From Nitrosopumilus sp. (GTDB taxonomy: Archaea > Thermoproteota > Nitrososphaeria > Nitrososphaerales > Nitrosopumilaceae), in assembly GCA_963662625.1 (NCBI GenBank), contig OY759726.1, forward strand, positions 1,507,446 through 1,539,445: a stretch of DNA of 32,000 nucleotides. Reading direction: 5' to 3'. The position numbers were made by a program, and so were the translations under genes. This document shows, piece after piece, positions 1 through 7,732 of this stretch. How positions within the stretch are numbered: position 1 is the stretch's first letter; each line of letters starts with the position of its first letter. The notes below the pieces were generated by a model. The model did not search any database, was not told where the DNA came from, and saw nothing but the letters and a program-made list of their open reading frames with translations.

Positions 1-1028
1 CCGACACGGCCCACCGTTGCGGGACCCGTGGGGCGTCCTGGTGGCCGGCATGTGCCACATCACGGTGGCCATCTTGTGGGCCACCGCCGTGATTGCCGGC
101 CCATGCCTGTCCGCGTGCCCCCGGCGCGCGGACGCGTACATGGCCACCATTCCGGCGTCGTGTCGTGCGGAGGTGTACGCGGCCCCGCGCATGGCCAGGC
201 TGCCGGGGTCGATCTTCTTGATCCGCCCCGCAGCGGCCGGTTCCCCGACTGGCAGGCCGCCGGGCACGGCCCGGCCCACGACGCCGCCTGCCTTGGCCCC
301 CTGGACCCCGGGGACGTCCCGATCCCGGGGGCCGTCGGCACCGCGGCGAGCGCGCCGGCGCCGGCCGTGCCGGCCGGCAGCCTCGCGTCACCGTTGCGGG
401 CGGCCCCCGTCCCGGGGAGCCCCCCCGTCACGGAGATCTCCCCCGTCAGGTGCCCCGCCTGCCGGGCGCGTCGGCCCGGGACCGACCCGTCGTGCCCGGG
501 GCCTGGCCCCGCGGACTCCGGCTGCCCCAGGGCCCTTTCGGGGTGCATGGCGGGGGCGCCCGTTTGGACGTCGTGGCGGCCCGGGAGGCTGCGGGCGCGG
601 CTTGCCGCGCGCGCCCTGTCCCGGGCCGGCCCCGCCCCCTGCCCGGCCACCGCGCGCATCCCCCCGGCGTGGCCCGGGGGGACGCAGCGCCCCGGCACCA
701 TGCCCGTCCCCGGCACCTGCGCCATCTTCCCTGCGCCAATCCTGTCGGTCTTCTCGGCGGTCCTGGCCATCAGGGCCATCCTGTGCGTGTTGGCCAGTCT
801 GGTGCCGGTCCCGGCCGCCCCGGAGGCGCCAGGCGCCCTGTCCCGCATGCTGCCAGTCGTCCCGCGGGCGGCCCTGCAGGGGCCGCCGCCCAGGCACCTG
901 CGCGCCATCGCCCCCGCGAACTTCGCCGCGCCGTCCCGGGCGTCGGGGTACCGCCCCCTCCCGGGAACCTTCCCGTTCCCGCCCGCCACGCACGCGCCGC
1001 GCTTTCCCTGCCCCATGCCTGCCCCCAT
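1..1028 (-). pseudogene. IS110-family-like transposase remnant, apparently frameshifted; the C-terminus runs off the left edge
   Basis: The minus frame of ORF 60..1142 gives 'GMGQGK..GNGKV' and 'KTDRIGAGKMAQ' (cf. IS110 N-terminal GIDxxK and KTDxxDA). A second minus frame, absent from the ORF track because it has no stop inside the window, reads 'GRIKKIDPGSLAMRGAAYTSARHDAGMVAMYASARRG..AITAVAHKMATVMWHM'. That resembles the IS110 C-terminal block (GRISKxGxxxLRxALYxAA..FYxRLxxRG..AxVAxARKxxxIxWxM). A stop at 388-390 lies upstream in that second frame. Expected catalytic Asp/Glu positions read Gly/Arg. Confidence 0.4.
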
Positions 1029-1502
1029 GCCTGTCTTTCCCGTCCTTTCCTGTCGCCTCCTTCCGGATGCCTGGCGGATCGGAAGCCGCGCACGCCCATC
1101 AGGGCGCGAAGCCCAGTGACGCGGCGGCCCGGGTTGCCCCATTCAACAGAAAGGGCGCCAGGCCCACGCGCTACCAGGGGCCGGTCCATCGGGGCAACTA
1201 CGCCTGGGTGGTTATCACGTGTTCAACAGATTACTAGCGGACAGACTTTTTATATACTACATCAGCGCTTGGCCATCCAAAATCCTTTATACCCACTGAT
1301 GAAAAACTGAATCTGGATTTGACTGGCAGCCGATCGGATCATCTTGTACTAGAATGGTCATTGCCCCTAGACTGGGGGATCGGGGCCTGGAGGAACTGGG
1401 CATGATCAGGCCCACGGTTGGACATTCCAGAAACCAGGCATACGCCTGGAAGGAGGTGGTGTCGCTCTGGGCATCGCCAGAAATGATCAGAGACGCGCGT
1501 GG

Positions 1503-2450
1503 ATGCGTGGTTTCGGGACCGGTTTCATGGCACTGAGCGTCTTGGAACTGTGTTCCGGAGCAGGCGGCCAGGCGCTGGGGTTTGAGGATGCAGGATACCA
1601 CCACGAGGCCCTAGTGGATAACAATCAATGGGCGTGCGCCACGATCAGGGAGAACCGGCCCAACTGGGACGTGGTGGAAGGTGACATATCGGGGATCGAT
1701 GCAGTTGGTTGGCGCGGAGTGGATGTGGTGGCAGGGGGTCTCCCCTGCCCCCCGTTTTCCGCAGCCGGTAGGCAGCTTGGGGAGGACGATGAGCGGAACC
1801 TATTTCCTGCCCTGTTCAGGATACTGGAAGAGGTGCGCCCGGAGGCCGTGGTAATAGAGAACGTCCGCGGGCTGATGATGCCCAGATTCGTGACGTATCG
1901 GGAGGTGATAAATTCTATGCTGGAGTCATTGGGCTTCCGAACATACTGGGGGATGGCAAACGCGGTCAACTTTGGAGTTCCGCAGAAGCGGACCAGAACG
2001 TTCATCATAGGCCTGCGCGACCACGACAGTGAGTTTTTGTGGCCTGCCGGGGACGGCGCAGTGGGGACCGTTGGGGAAGCCATCGGGGACATGATGGGTG
2101 AGGACGGCTGGCACATGGTCGACGAGTGGGTAAGGGGGGCCAACAGACCTGCACCCACACTAGTGGGGGGTTCCAAAAAACACGGGGGTCCGGATCTGGG
2201 ACCCACACGAGCAAGGAGGGAGTGGGCGGAGCTGGGGGTGGACGGCATGGGGGTGGCAGACTCCCCCCCACACCGCGACTTTGAGGGCATGCCGCGCCTC
2301 ACAACCGAAATGGCTGCCACGTTGCAGGCGTTTCCAAAGGACTGGAAGTTTGCGGGCGGGAAGACTCAGCGGTACAGGCAGGTGGGCAACGCGCTCCCCC
2401 CGAACCTGGCACGCGCGGTGGCATCGGAGGTTGCACGGTGCCTCGCGTAG
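1503..2450 (+). CDS. dcm: DNA (cytosine-5)-methyltransferase
   Basis: m5C MTase motifs occur in order: I 'LELCSGAGGQALG', IV 'GGLPCPPFS', VI 'VIENVRGL', VIII 'PQKRTRTFIIG', X 'RQVGNALPPNLA'. An alternative start is the in-frame ATG at 1527 (MALSVLEL..). Confidence 0.9.
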   Translation: MRGFGTGFMALSVLELCSGAGGQALGFEDAGYHHEALVDNNQWACATIRENRPNWDVVEGDISGIDAVGWRGVDVVAGGLPCPPFSAAGRQLGEDDERNLFPALFRILEEVRPEAVVIENVRGLMMPRFVTYREVINSMLESLGFRTYWGMANAVNFGVPQKRTRTFIIGLRDHDSEFLWPAGDGAVGTVGEAIGDMMGEDGWHMVDEWVRGANRPAPTLVGGSKKHGGPDLGPTRARREWAELGVDGMGVADSPPHRDFEGMPRLTTEMAATLQAFPKDWKFAGGKTQRYRQVGNALPPNLARAVASEVARCLA

Positions 2451-3007
2451 GCTCGCGGGCCACGCTTGCGGAATATCTCCGCTCCCGAGTGGGTCAGGTG
2501 CTGGACGCCGATGAGCTTCAGGAAGCAGCCGGCGGGGCGACGGAATGGGCCCGCCGCCTGCGGGAATTGAGGGCCTCCGGCTGGAGCATAAGCTCCAACA
2601 ACGACAGGAACGACCTCAAGCCAGGACAGTACGTGCTTGAGGCGGAGCCACCAGACAAGGGCGAGTACGTCTTTGAGCGCCCAATATCAGGCACTACGCG
2701 GGCACGGGTGTTGGAGAGGAACGGATACACCTGTCAGATGTGCGGCGCCTCCGCGGGAGACGCGGATGAGCTCAACCCTGGTCGCAAGATCCGGTTGCAC
2801 ATAGGCCACATAACGGATCGTAGCCATGGCGGGGACGATTCGGAGCACAACCTGAGGGCATTGTGTAGCACCTGCAACCAGGGCGCAAAGAATCTCACCA
2901 TTGAGCCACCAAGACACAGATGGCTTCTAGCACAAGTCCGCCGGGCCAATATGGACGACCAGAAAAAGATCCTGAAATGGCTCAAGAAGCGCTTCAATGA
3001 AGAATGA
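2438..3007 (+). CDS. HNH-family endonuclease, probable restriction partner of the adjacent m5C methyltransferase
   Basis: HNH/Zn motif 'CQMCG...RLHIGHITDRSHGGDDSEHNLRALCSTCNQGAKN'. The start overlaps the methyltransferase 3' end by 13 nt (2438 vs 2450), which suggests an operon. Confidence 0.75.
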   Translation: MPRVGSRATLAEYLRSRVGQVLDADELQEAAGGATEWARRLRELRASGWSISSNNDRNDLKPGQYVLEAEPPDKGEYVFERPISGTTRARVLERNGYTCQMCGASAGDADELNPGRKIRLHIGHITDRSHGGDDSEHNLRALCSTCNQGAKNLTIEPPRHRWLLAQVRRANMDDQKKILKWLKKRFNEE

Positions 3008-3446
3008 GTACGTTTGAATAATAGGCGAGAAGGGTGGCCTCGCATGAGTCGGTCAGGAGCAATGGCGGCCGTCGCAGACGACCCTGTCGGCAAACAGGAT
3101 AATGCCGCCAGAACCTACGACGCCCTTTCCCGTGACGTCAAGGCAGCTCACACCGGCCATTCCACTGTCGCTACTGCCTGTGGCGGAATGGTTTGCCGCC
3201 ACGATGCCCGATGTCATACCCAGCGTTGCGACAAGCGCGCCCATCGCTGCGGCTTTGCCGTCGTCACGCCTTTCAGTATGGGTGGAACCGTGGTGTTTGC
3301 CGTAGTTGCCGTGGATCCGGGGTGGGAAAATGAAATGTTTCGAATACTTCAGTGTAATGAGCGTCACTCTAGCGCGCTTTCCTCCAGCATACGGGCAATC
3401 CTAGTGGCAGTGAAATCAAAATAAGAGCGCCAAACTACCAATACAG

Positions 3447-3851
3447 ATGACCGACATCTTCAGCAAAGAGAAAAGGTCTTGGATAATGTCACGCATACGC
3501 AGCAGAAACACCAAGATAGATCTCAAAATGGACTGCATGCTCAGAAACATAGGAATTACATACGTGATGTACCCAAAGATGTTTGGAAGTCCGGACTTTG
3601 CACTGGAGGCCAAAAAGATTGCGATCTTTTGTGATGGTGATTTCTGGCACGGATACAACTACGCCAGAAAGAAGCCACTAAAAAAATACTGGAGGGAAAA
3701 GATTGAGAGAAACATGAAGCGCGACAGATACGTCTCTAGAAAGCTGAGGCGTGAGGGGTGGTCGGTTTTGAGGTTCTGGGAGCACGACATTGATAAAAGA
3801 GCGACGGCTTGCACGAATCGGATAATTAGAAAAATAATGGAAAAACCATAG
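3447..3851 (+). CDS. vsr: Very-short-patch repair (Vsr) endonuclease, copy 1
   Basis: Vsr hallmarks: 'FSKEKRSWIMSRIRSRNTK', 'GSPDFAL', 'IAIFCDGDFWHG', 'NMKRDRYV', 'GWSVLRFWEHDI'. GC is lower than the flanks. A TATA-like 'TCAAAATAAG' is centred about 27 nt upstream of the ATG. Confidence 0.9.
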   Translation: MTDIFSKEKRSWIMSRIRSRNTKIDLKMDCMLRNIGITYVMYPKMFGSPDFALEAKKIAIFCDGDFWHGYNYARKKPLKKYWREKIERNMKRDRYVSRKLRREGWSVLRFWEHDIDKRATACTNRIIRKIMEKP

Positions 3852-4220
3852 CCGGTGCTCCACGGTTATCCGCCCCCGCAGGATGGTACATCGTCAGGTC
3901 CGGGGAACCTGCAGTCGCCGCATGCGCTCGCCATGTGGAACCGTCGCCCCGGCGAAAAATTAAATCTTGCTGATCTTGCGGCTGGGCGCAAAGCACGCCA
4001 AGCAGTGCCCCGACAGGGTGTCGTCCTGGGTGGAACGCTTCAAGGAGGGCGCCAGCACCGCCTTCCCCGGAACGTCCCGCCCATAACGACACTCTGTCGG
4101 GGCACCGCATGGGGGAACCTGCGGCGTCCCGGACGCCCCTGTCGCGGTTGCACACCGTGGCCGACGTGTTCCGCTCGGAACCCAAGATCCCTTGGCATGC
4201 GGCCCTTGCCGCGCCGACGG

Positions 4221-5444
4221 TCACTTGAGCCCACCGGCCTCGACCCACTCGTCTGGTGTCAGCACGTGTACGCGTAACTCCTCCAATATCTGGTCGCGGA
4301 TCAGGAGAAAGTCCGCGTCCTCGGTCATCAGGATCTTGGTCTTGCTATTGTCCCTGAGCTTGGGATGTGACGCCTTGGCGAGTATCGCCTTGTCTATCGT
4401 CAGATCGAACATGCAGACCTCCCAGGTGTATTCTTGCCGTACGCCGCCTCCATCCACATTCTTATGGTGCTTCTGCTTGACATGCTTCCTCCAGGTCTCG
4501 TCACGGAGGAACGCGTTCCGAAGTAAGGCCGCCACCTCGTCCTTTCGCTTCTCCATCCCGTTGCTGTCGCCCACCGTACGGGAATCCGCCCCACTTCCCG
4601 GAACCAGCCTGCGCGCCTTCTTCACGCACTTGCTCGCAGTCTTCTCGCTACCGTTGATCCCCAATACCACCCCACGCAACTCTTCAAGCGTGTTGCTTGC
4701 CACATACAACCTCCCGCTTTCCGAGAGGGACTCGACGATCTCCTTAATCCTGGGGCTTGGCGGATCATCGCCGGGCTTGGGCGCGATTTCCCCTATCGCC
4801 ACCATGTAATTCACCATCACGTTGGTGTCCGGCATCACGATACATCCCTCCGGGTCTATCTTCGGGGGCCACCGGAGTTCCTCGTCTGCGGGGACTGCCG
4901 ACTCCCGGGGACCCCCGCCCACGATCTTTTCTGGGCTCGGCGCGCCGGTGGGGGCCACGGCGGGCCGGGCAGGCCGCTCCTGCGTATGGGGGGCACGGTG
5001 TGACTTTGGGGTTTGTCCGGGTTCTGCAGCCACCGGCTTCTGGCATGCCTGACTTTTGATCGCGCCTTCTGGGTTTGTGACGGCAGGTTGAGATCCCTGC
5101 TTGCGGGTGGCAGCTGGTTTCTTTCCTTCGATCAGGCCATCCAACACGCGCATGAGATCGGATCTCTGCTCGGAGTTGATCGGCATTAGGTTCAGCTTGT
5201 ACCCCGTCTTGGTTATGAGAAGGAGCTTTTTACCCGCCAAGGTGTCCCACACGCGCATTTTTTCATAGGGTTCTGCCCTCTTACCATATGAGCGCATGTG
5301 GTTTGCTATGACGGCTTGGGGCCTCTCTTTTGGATACGATTCCAGCAGCGCTTTAACCGCTAACAGTCCTGGGGATCCCGTCACCATCGTTTGAATAATG
5401 TCCCTAAACACTTCAAACGCAAGGGACTCTTCCAGCCCTTCCAC
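4221..5444 (-). CDS. PIN-domain protein: unknown N-terminal domain, Pro/Ala-rich linker, C-terminal PIN nuclease
   Basis: PIN acidic residues occur in order: 'IVMPDTNVMVNY', 'VASNTLEELRGV', 'ILMTEDADFLLI'. GTG start at 5444, with a TATA-like box about 27 nt upstream on the minus strand. Confidence 0.6.
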   Translation of the reverse strand: MEGLEESLAFEVFRDIIQTMVTGSPGLLAVKALLESYPKERPQAVIANHMRSYGKRAEPYEKMRVWDTLAGKKLLLITKTGYKLNLMPINSEQRSDLMRVLDGLIEGKKPAATRKQGSQPAVTNPEGAIKSQACQKPVAAEPGQTPKSHRAPHTQERPARPAVAPTGAPSPEKIVGGGPRESAVPADEELRWPPKIDPEGCIVMPDTNVMVNYMVAIGEIAPKPGDDPPSPRIKEIVESLSESGRLYVASNTLEELRGVVLGINGSEKTASKCVKKARRLVPGSGADSRTVGDSNGMEKRKDEVAALLRNAFLRDETWRKHVKQKHHKNVDGGGVRQEYTWEVCMFDLTIDKAILAKASHPKLRDNSKTKILMTEDADFLLIRDQILEELRVHVLTPDEWVEAGGLK

Positions 5445-5462
5445 GCAGTCTGGCGTGTGACA

Positions 5463-5478
5463 TTTCTAATTAATTTTT
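5463..5478 (-). promoter_or_regulatory. TATA-like box for the PIN-domain gene (leaderless spacing)
   Basis: The minus strand reads AAAAATTAATTAGAAA, centred about 27 nt upstream of the GTG at 5444. Confidence 0.4.
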
Positions 5479-6034
5479 CCTGGCAGCCAGCGTACATCAT
5501 TAGGTCCGCGGCACGCGGTTGCCACCTACTAGCCGACACGGGCGATGCGGCTGGCCGGCACCGCCCCGCCCGATCCCAGTAACCATATGTGCCCCGAAAG
5601 AAGCCGGTTTCAGATGGTACCTGCCATAAGCGCGCCAGGAAGCAAACAAGCAGATTGCCGGCTCCGGCAAGGAAGCGCGTGAAGGCTTCCGGGGCGGGTA
5701 ACCAGTGCACGGACGACGGAGAGTACGTGGGGACGCCATATTCCGGGAGGACAAAAAATACGTCGGGGAATGGGCGCTGATTGTCGACGAGAGGGTGGCG
5801 TACCACGGGCCTGGCGGGGACGAGCTGCTGGCCTAGGTGAGGAAGGCCCAGAAACGCGGCGTCTCCCCGCTGGTGCATTATGTCGGGGACGAGCACGACG
5901 CATTCCTGCTGTGAGGCCCGCGCCATGTCTGCCACATTCAGGTACATTCCTTTGAATTACGGCGACCAACGTCTGAGGAGGCCTGCATTGGAGGTCGGCT
6001 TACCCACAAGTACAGCATCAACATTCACGCATAC

Positions 6035-6337
6035 GTGGACAGCGGCGCATCGCACACATTTGTCCCACAAAGGCACGCAAAACTTGCCGGGCTTTTAGAT
6101 GAAGGCAACACAGTGAAGGTTCAACATACTGAAAGATCATACGAGGCCAGGATGATAGCTGTCAGGTCAATAGAGATAATGCGGGGCCAGGAAGTGTTTG
6201 AGAACATGCGTGGCCAGACGGTGCTGGTTGGAGAGAGCTACATCCAATTCTGCATTCTTGGCCGGAATTCGGTCTTTAGGTATTTTGACATCACTTTCTA
6301 TGAAAAGCGCAGGAGGGTTACGCCGATCCGTGTTTAG
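6035..6337 (+). CDS. Retropepsin-like (clan AA) aspartic peptidase domain protein, possibly N-terminally truncated
   Basis: 'VDSGASHTFV' (D-S-G-A active-site motif) and a distal 'CILGRNSVFRYFDITF' (cf. iLGxDfL). The Asp is residue 2 of the ORF (GTG start). The in-frame upstream stretch back to the stop at 5912-5914 has no ATG/GTG/TTG. Confidence 0.4.
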   Translation: MDSGASHTFVPQRHAKLAGLLDEGNTVKVQHTERSYEARMIAVRSIEIMRGQEVFENMRGQTVLVGESYIQFCILGRNSVFRYFDITFYEKRRRVTPIRV

Positions 6338-6553
6338 TGGAGACGTCAGTATTTGGCGGAACGGGCTGGCCGCTGGCGGCGCAGGCATTCCGGGGCGCAT
6401 GAAGTATCCTGCAGGGACGCGTTCCTGCCGTGCTCCAGGGGGCCGCGCCGGTGCTTCGGGAAGGTGCACGCAATGATGGACGGCGCGTTGCCCCACACGG
6501 CCGGGGTCGTGAAAAAACGCGTCCCGCGCATCCCCGGCGCGGGGACCGCGTGC

Positions 6554-7697
6554 CTACCCGCCGCCACACCGGAGCAGGACGCCGGGGGAGTGCCGGCGCA
6601 GGCCAGGGTGCGGCGTCCAGGCGCCGGGGATGCGCGGGAAGTTCGGGGGAACGGGGCGCACCCTGTCCGAATACCTGAGGACGTCCCACGCCAACCTGGA
6701 CGTCATGAGGTACATCGACAGGAAGTCCTTGGCGCTCAAGAGCTTTTGAGCGTTGCTATAGAAGGGGTGGATCCTCCGTAACGTACAACTGCACCGAAAA
6801 TTTGCAGACAAACTTGGCGCCGAGAATAGGCTCGCCTGAAAGCCGGACAATCTGATACGGGGGGTTCGACGTGAGATGCGCCCTACACAACGCGTGCATG
6901 ATCCTGCGGGAGTTCTGGTTCTCCCACGAGGGGAATGTCGCGGGGCTCCCCCGAAATCCTATCAGGACGGGGCAAAACGGAAGCATGCCTATGTGGAAGG
7001 ACGATGGCATGGATTTGCCATCGCCGCAAAGGAGGATCCGCATTCAACATGATGGGCACGAGCGGGAAGGGCCTGCTTACATACAGAGAACCGGGTAACC
7101 CCATGCGCAAAAAGCTTGTCTGCAGGCATGGCCGTGCAGCACCCTCATGATCCTGTGGGAATGGGGTTCAGCTCTAAGAGGCCCATCATCAGATACGCTG
7201 CGGCGGCAGACGACGATGCGGTACGGCAGCGGTGAGCCGATTCCACATGCGCGATCTTGCGCGTAAAGAGGCGAAAAATGGCGATAGTGGTGCGGGACGG
7301 GCCCATGTTCATCTGGAGGGGATCCACTGGATGCGGTAGTGTCCCCGCGTCAGGGAAGGGGTTGCGGTCGGGAGGCCCGGCAAGAGGGCAGAACCGAGGC
7401 ATGCGGCTCAATGGATAACGGGGCAGGACTGGCGTAAAGATATGGCAGGTCTGACAGGGGCCTCATGAGTTGGCTAGAAGGTGAGTCCAAGGGCTGCATG
7501 CCTGCAAACAAGAGCCGCGACTTGGATACCGTGTTAAGGCAATCCGTGCCCGCAAGACTGTTTGAATATAACATGTACGGGATACAGTTAAGCAAAAAGT
7601 GGCCTAACCCTGGCATCGGGGGGACGCGCTCTGGCATTGCATCAGCATGAACAGTGTACAGATCATGGCGCCTTTCACTTAACTGGGATACCTGCAA
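6554..7697 (-). pseudogene. Degraded N6-adenine (gamma-class, NPPY) DNA methyltransferase
   Basis: ORF 6756..7043(-) contains 'ILLCGDGKS' (motif I-like, xCGxG), then about 60 aa later 'HLTSNPPYQIV' (motif IV NPPY). Protein-like ORF fragments continue upstream (7350..7697, 7145..7411, 6883..7110) and downstream (6554..6850) in shifting minus-strand frames. Confidence 0.4.
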
Positions 7698-7698
7698 G

Positions 7699-7707
7699 AT
7701 TTATTTA
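7699..7707 (+). promoter_or_regulatory. TATA-like box upstream of the nucleotidyltransferase-domain gene
   Basis: ATTTATTTA ends 26 nt before the GTG at 7733. Confidence 0.4.
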
Positions 7708-7732
7708 CGCCAGGTGCAGACTCTAATGACCC

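Noticed and set aside
17-1310. Seven overlapping ORFs of 97-406 aa in six frames (e.g. 17..1237+, 28..1119+, 388..993-, 450..1310+).
   Set aside because: The DNA is about 75-80% GC, so stop codons are rare in every frame. The translations are Arg/Pro/Gly/Ala low-complexity. Only the IS110-like blocks on two minus frames look like real, though decayed, protein sequence.
3014-3424. Opposed ORFs 3014..3424+ (136 aa) and 3053..3367- (104 aa, with Gly/Ala-rich 'GKAAAMGALVATLGMTSGIVAA' reminiscent of glycine-zipper proteins).
   Set aside because: I cannot decide between the strands. There is no motif beyond low-complexity Gly/Ala and no promoter-like element at the right spacing. It was left unannotated.
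3855-4277. ORFs between vsr-1 and the PIN gene, and an ~80-codon open stretch in the same frame immediately after the PIN stop codon (ending '..GHCLACFAPSRKISKI'), which raised the idea of stop-codon readthrough or a former fusion.
   Set aside because: The stretch has no start codon and no recognisable domain, and high GC alone can keep a frame open. The readthrough idea is unsupported by anything else in the sequence.
5381-5947. 188-aa minus-strand ORF upstream of the PIN gene ('MYLNVADMARASQQECVVLVPDIMHQRGD..').
   Set aside because: The N-terminal half looks vaguely protein-like, but I recognise no family. Its 3' part runs through the PIN gene's TATA-like box and start (64-nt overlap). It may be a gene fragment, and the support is not enough to annotate it.
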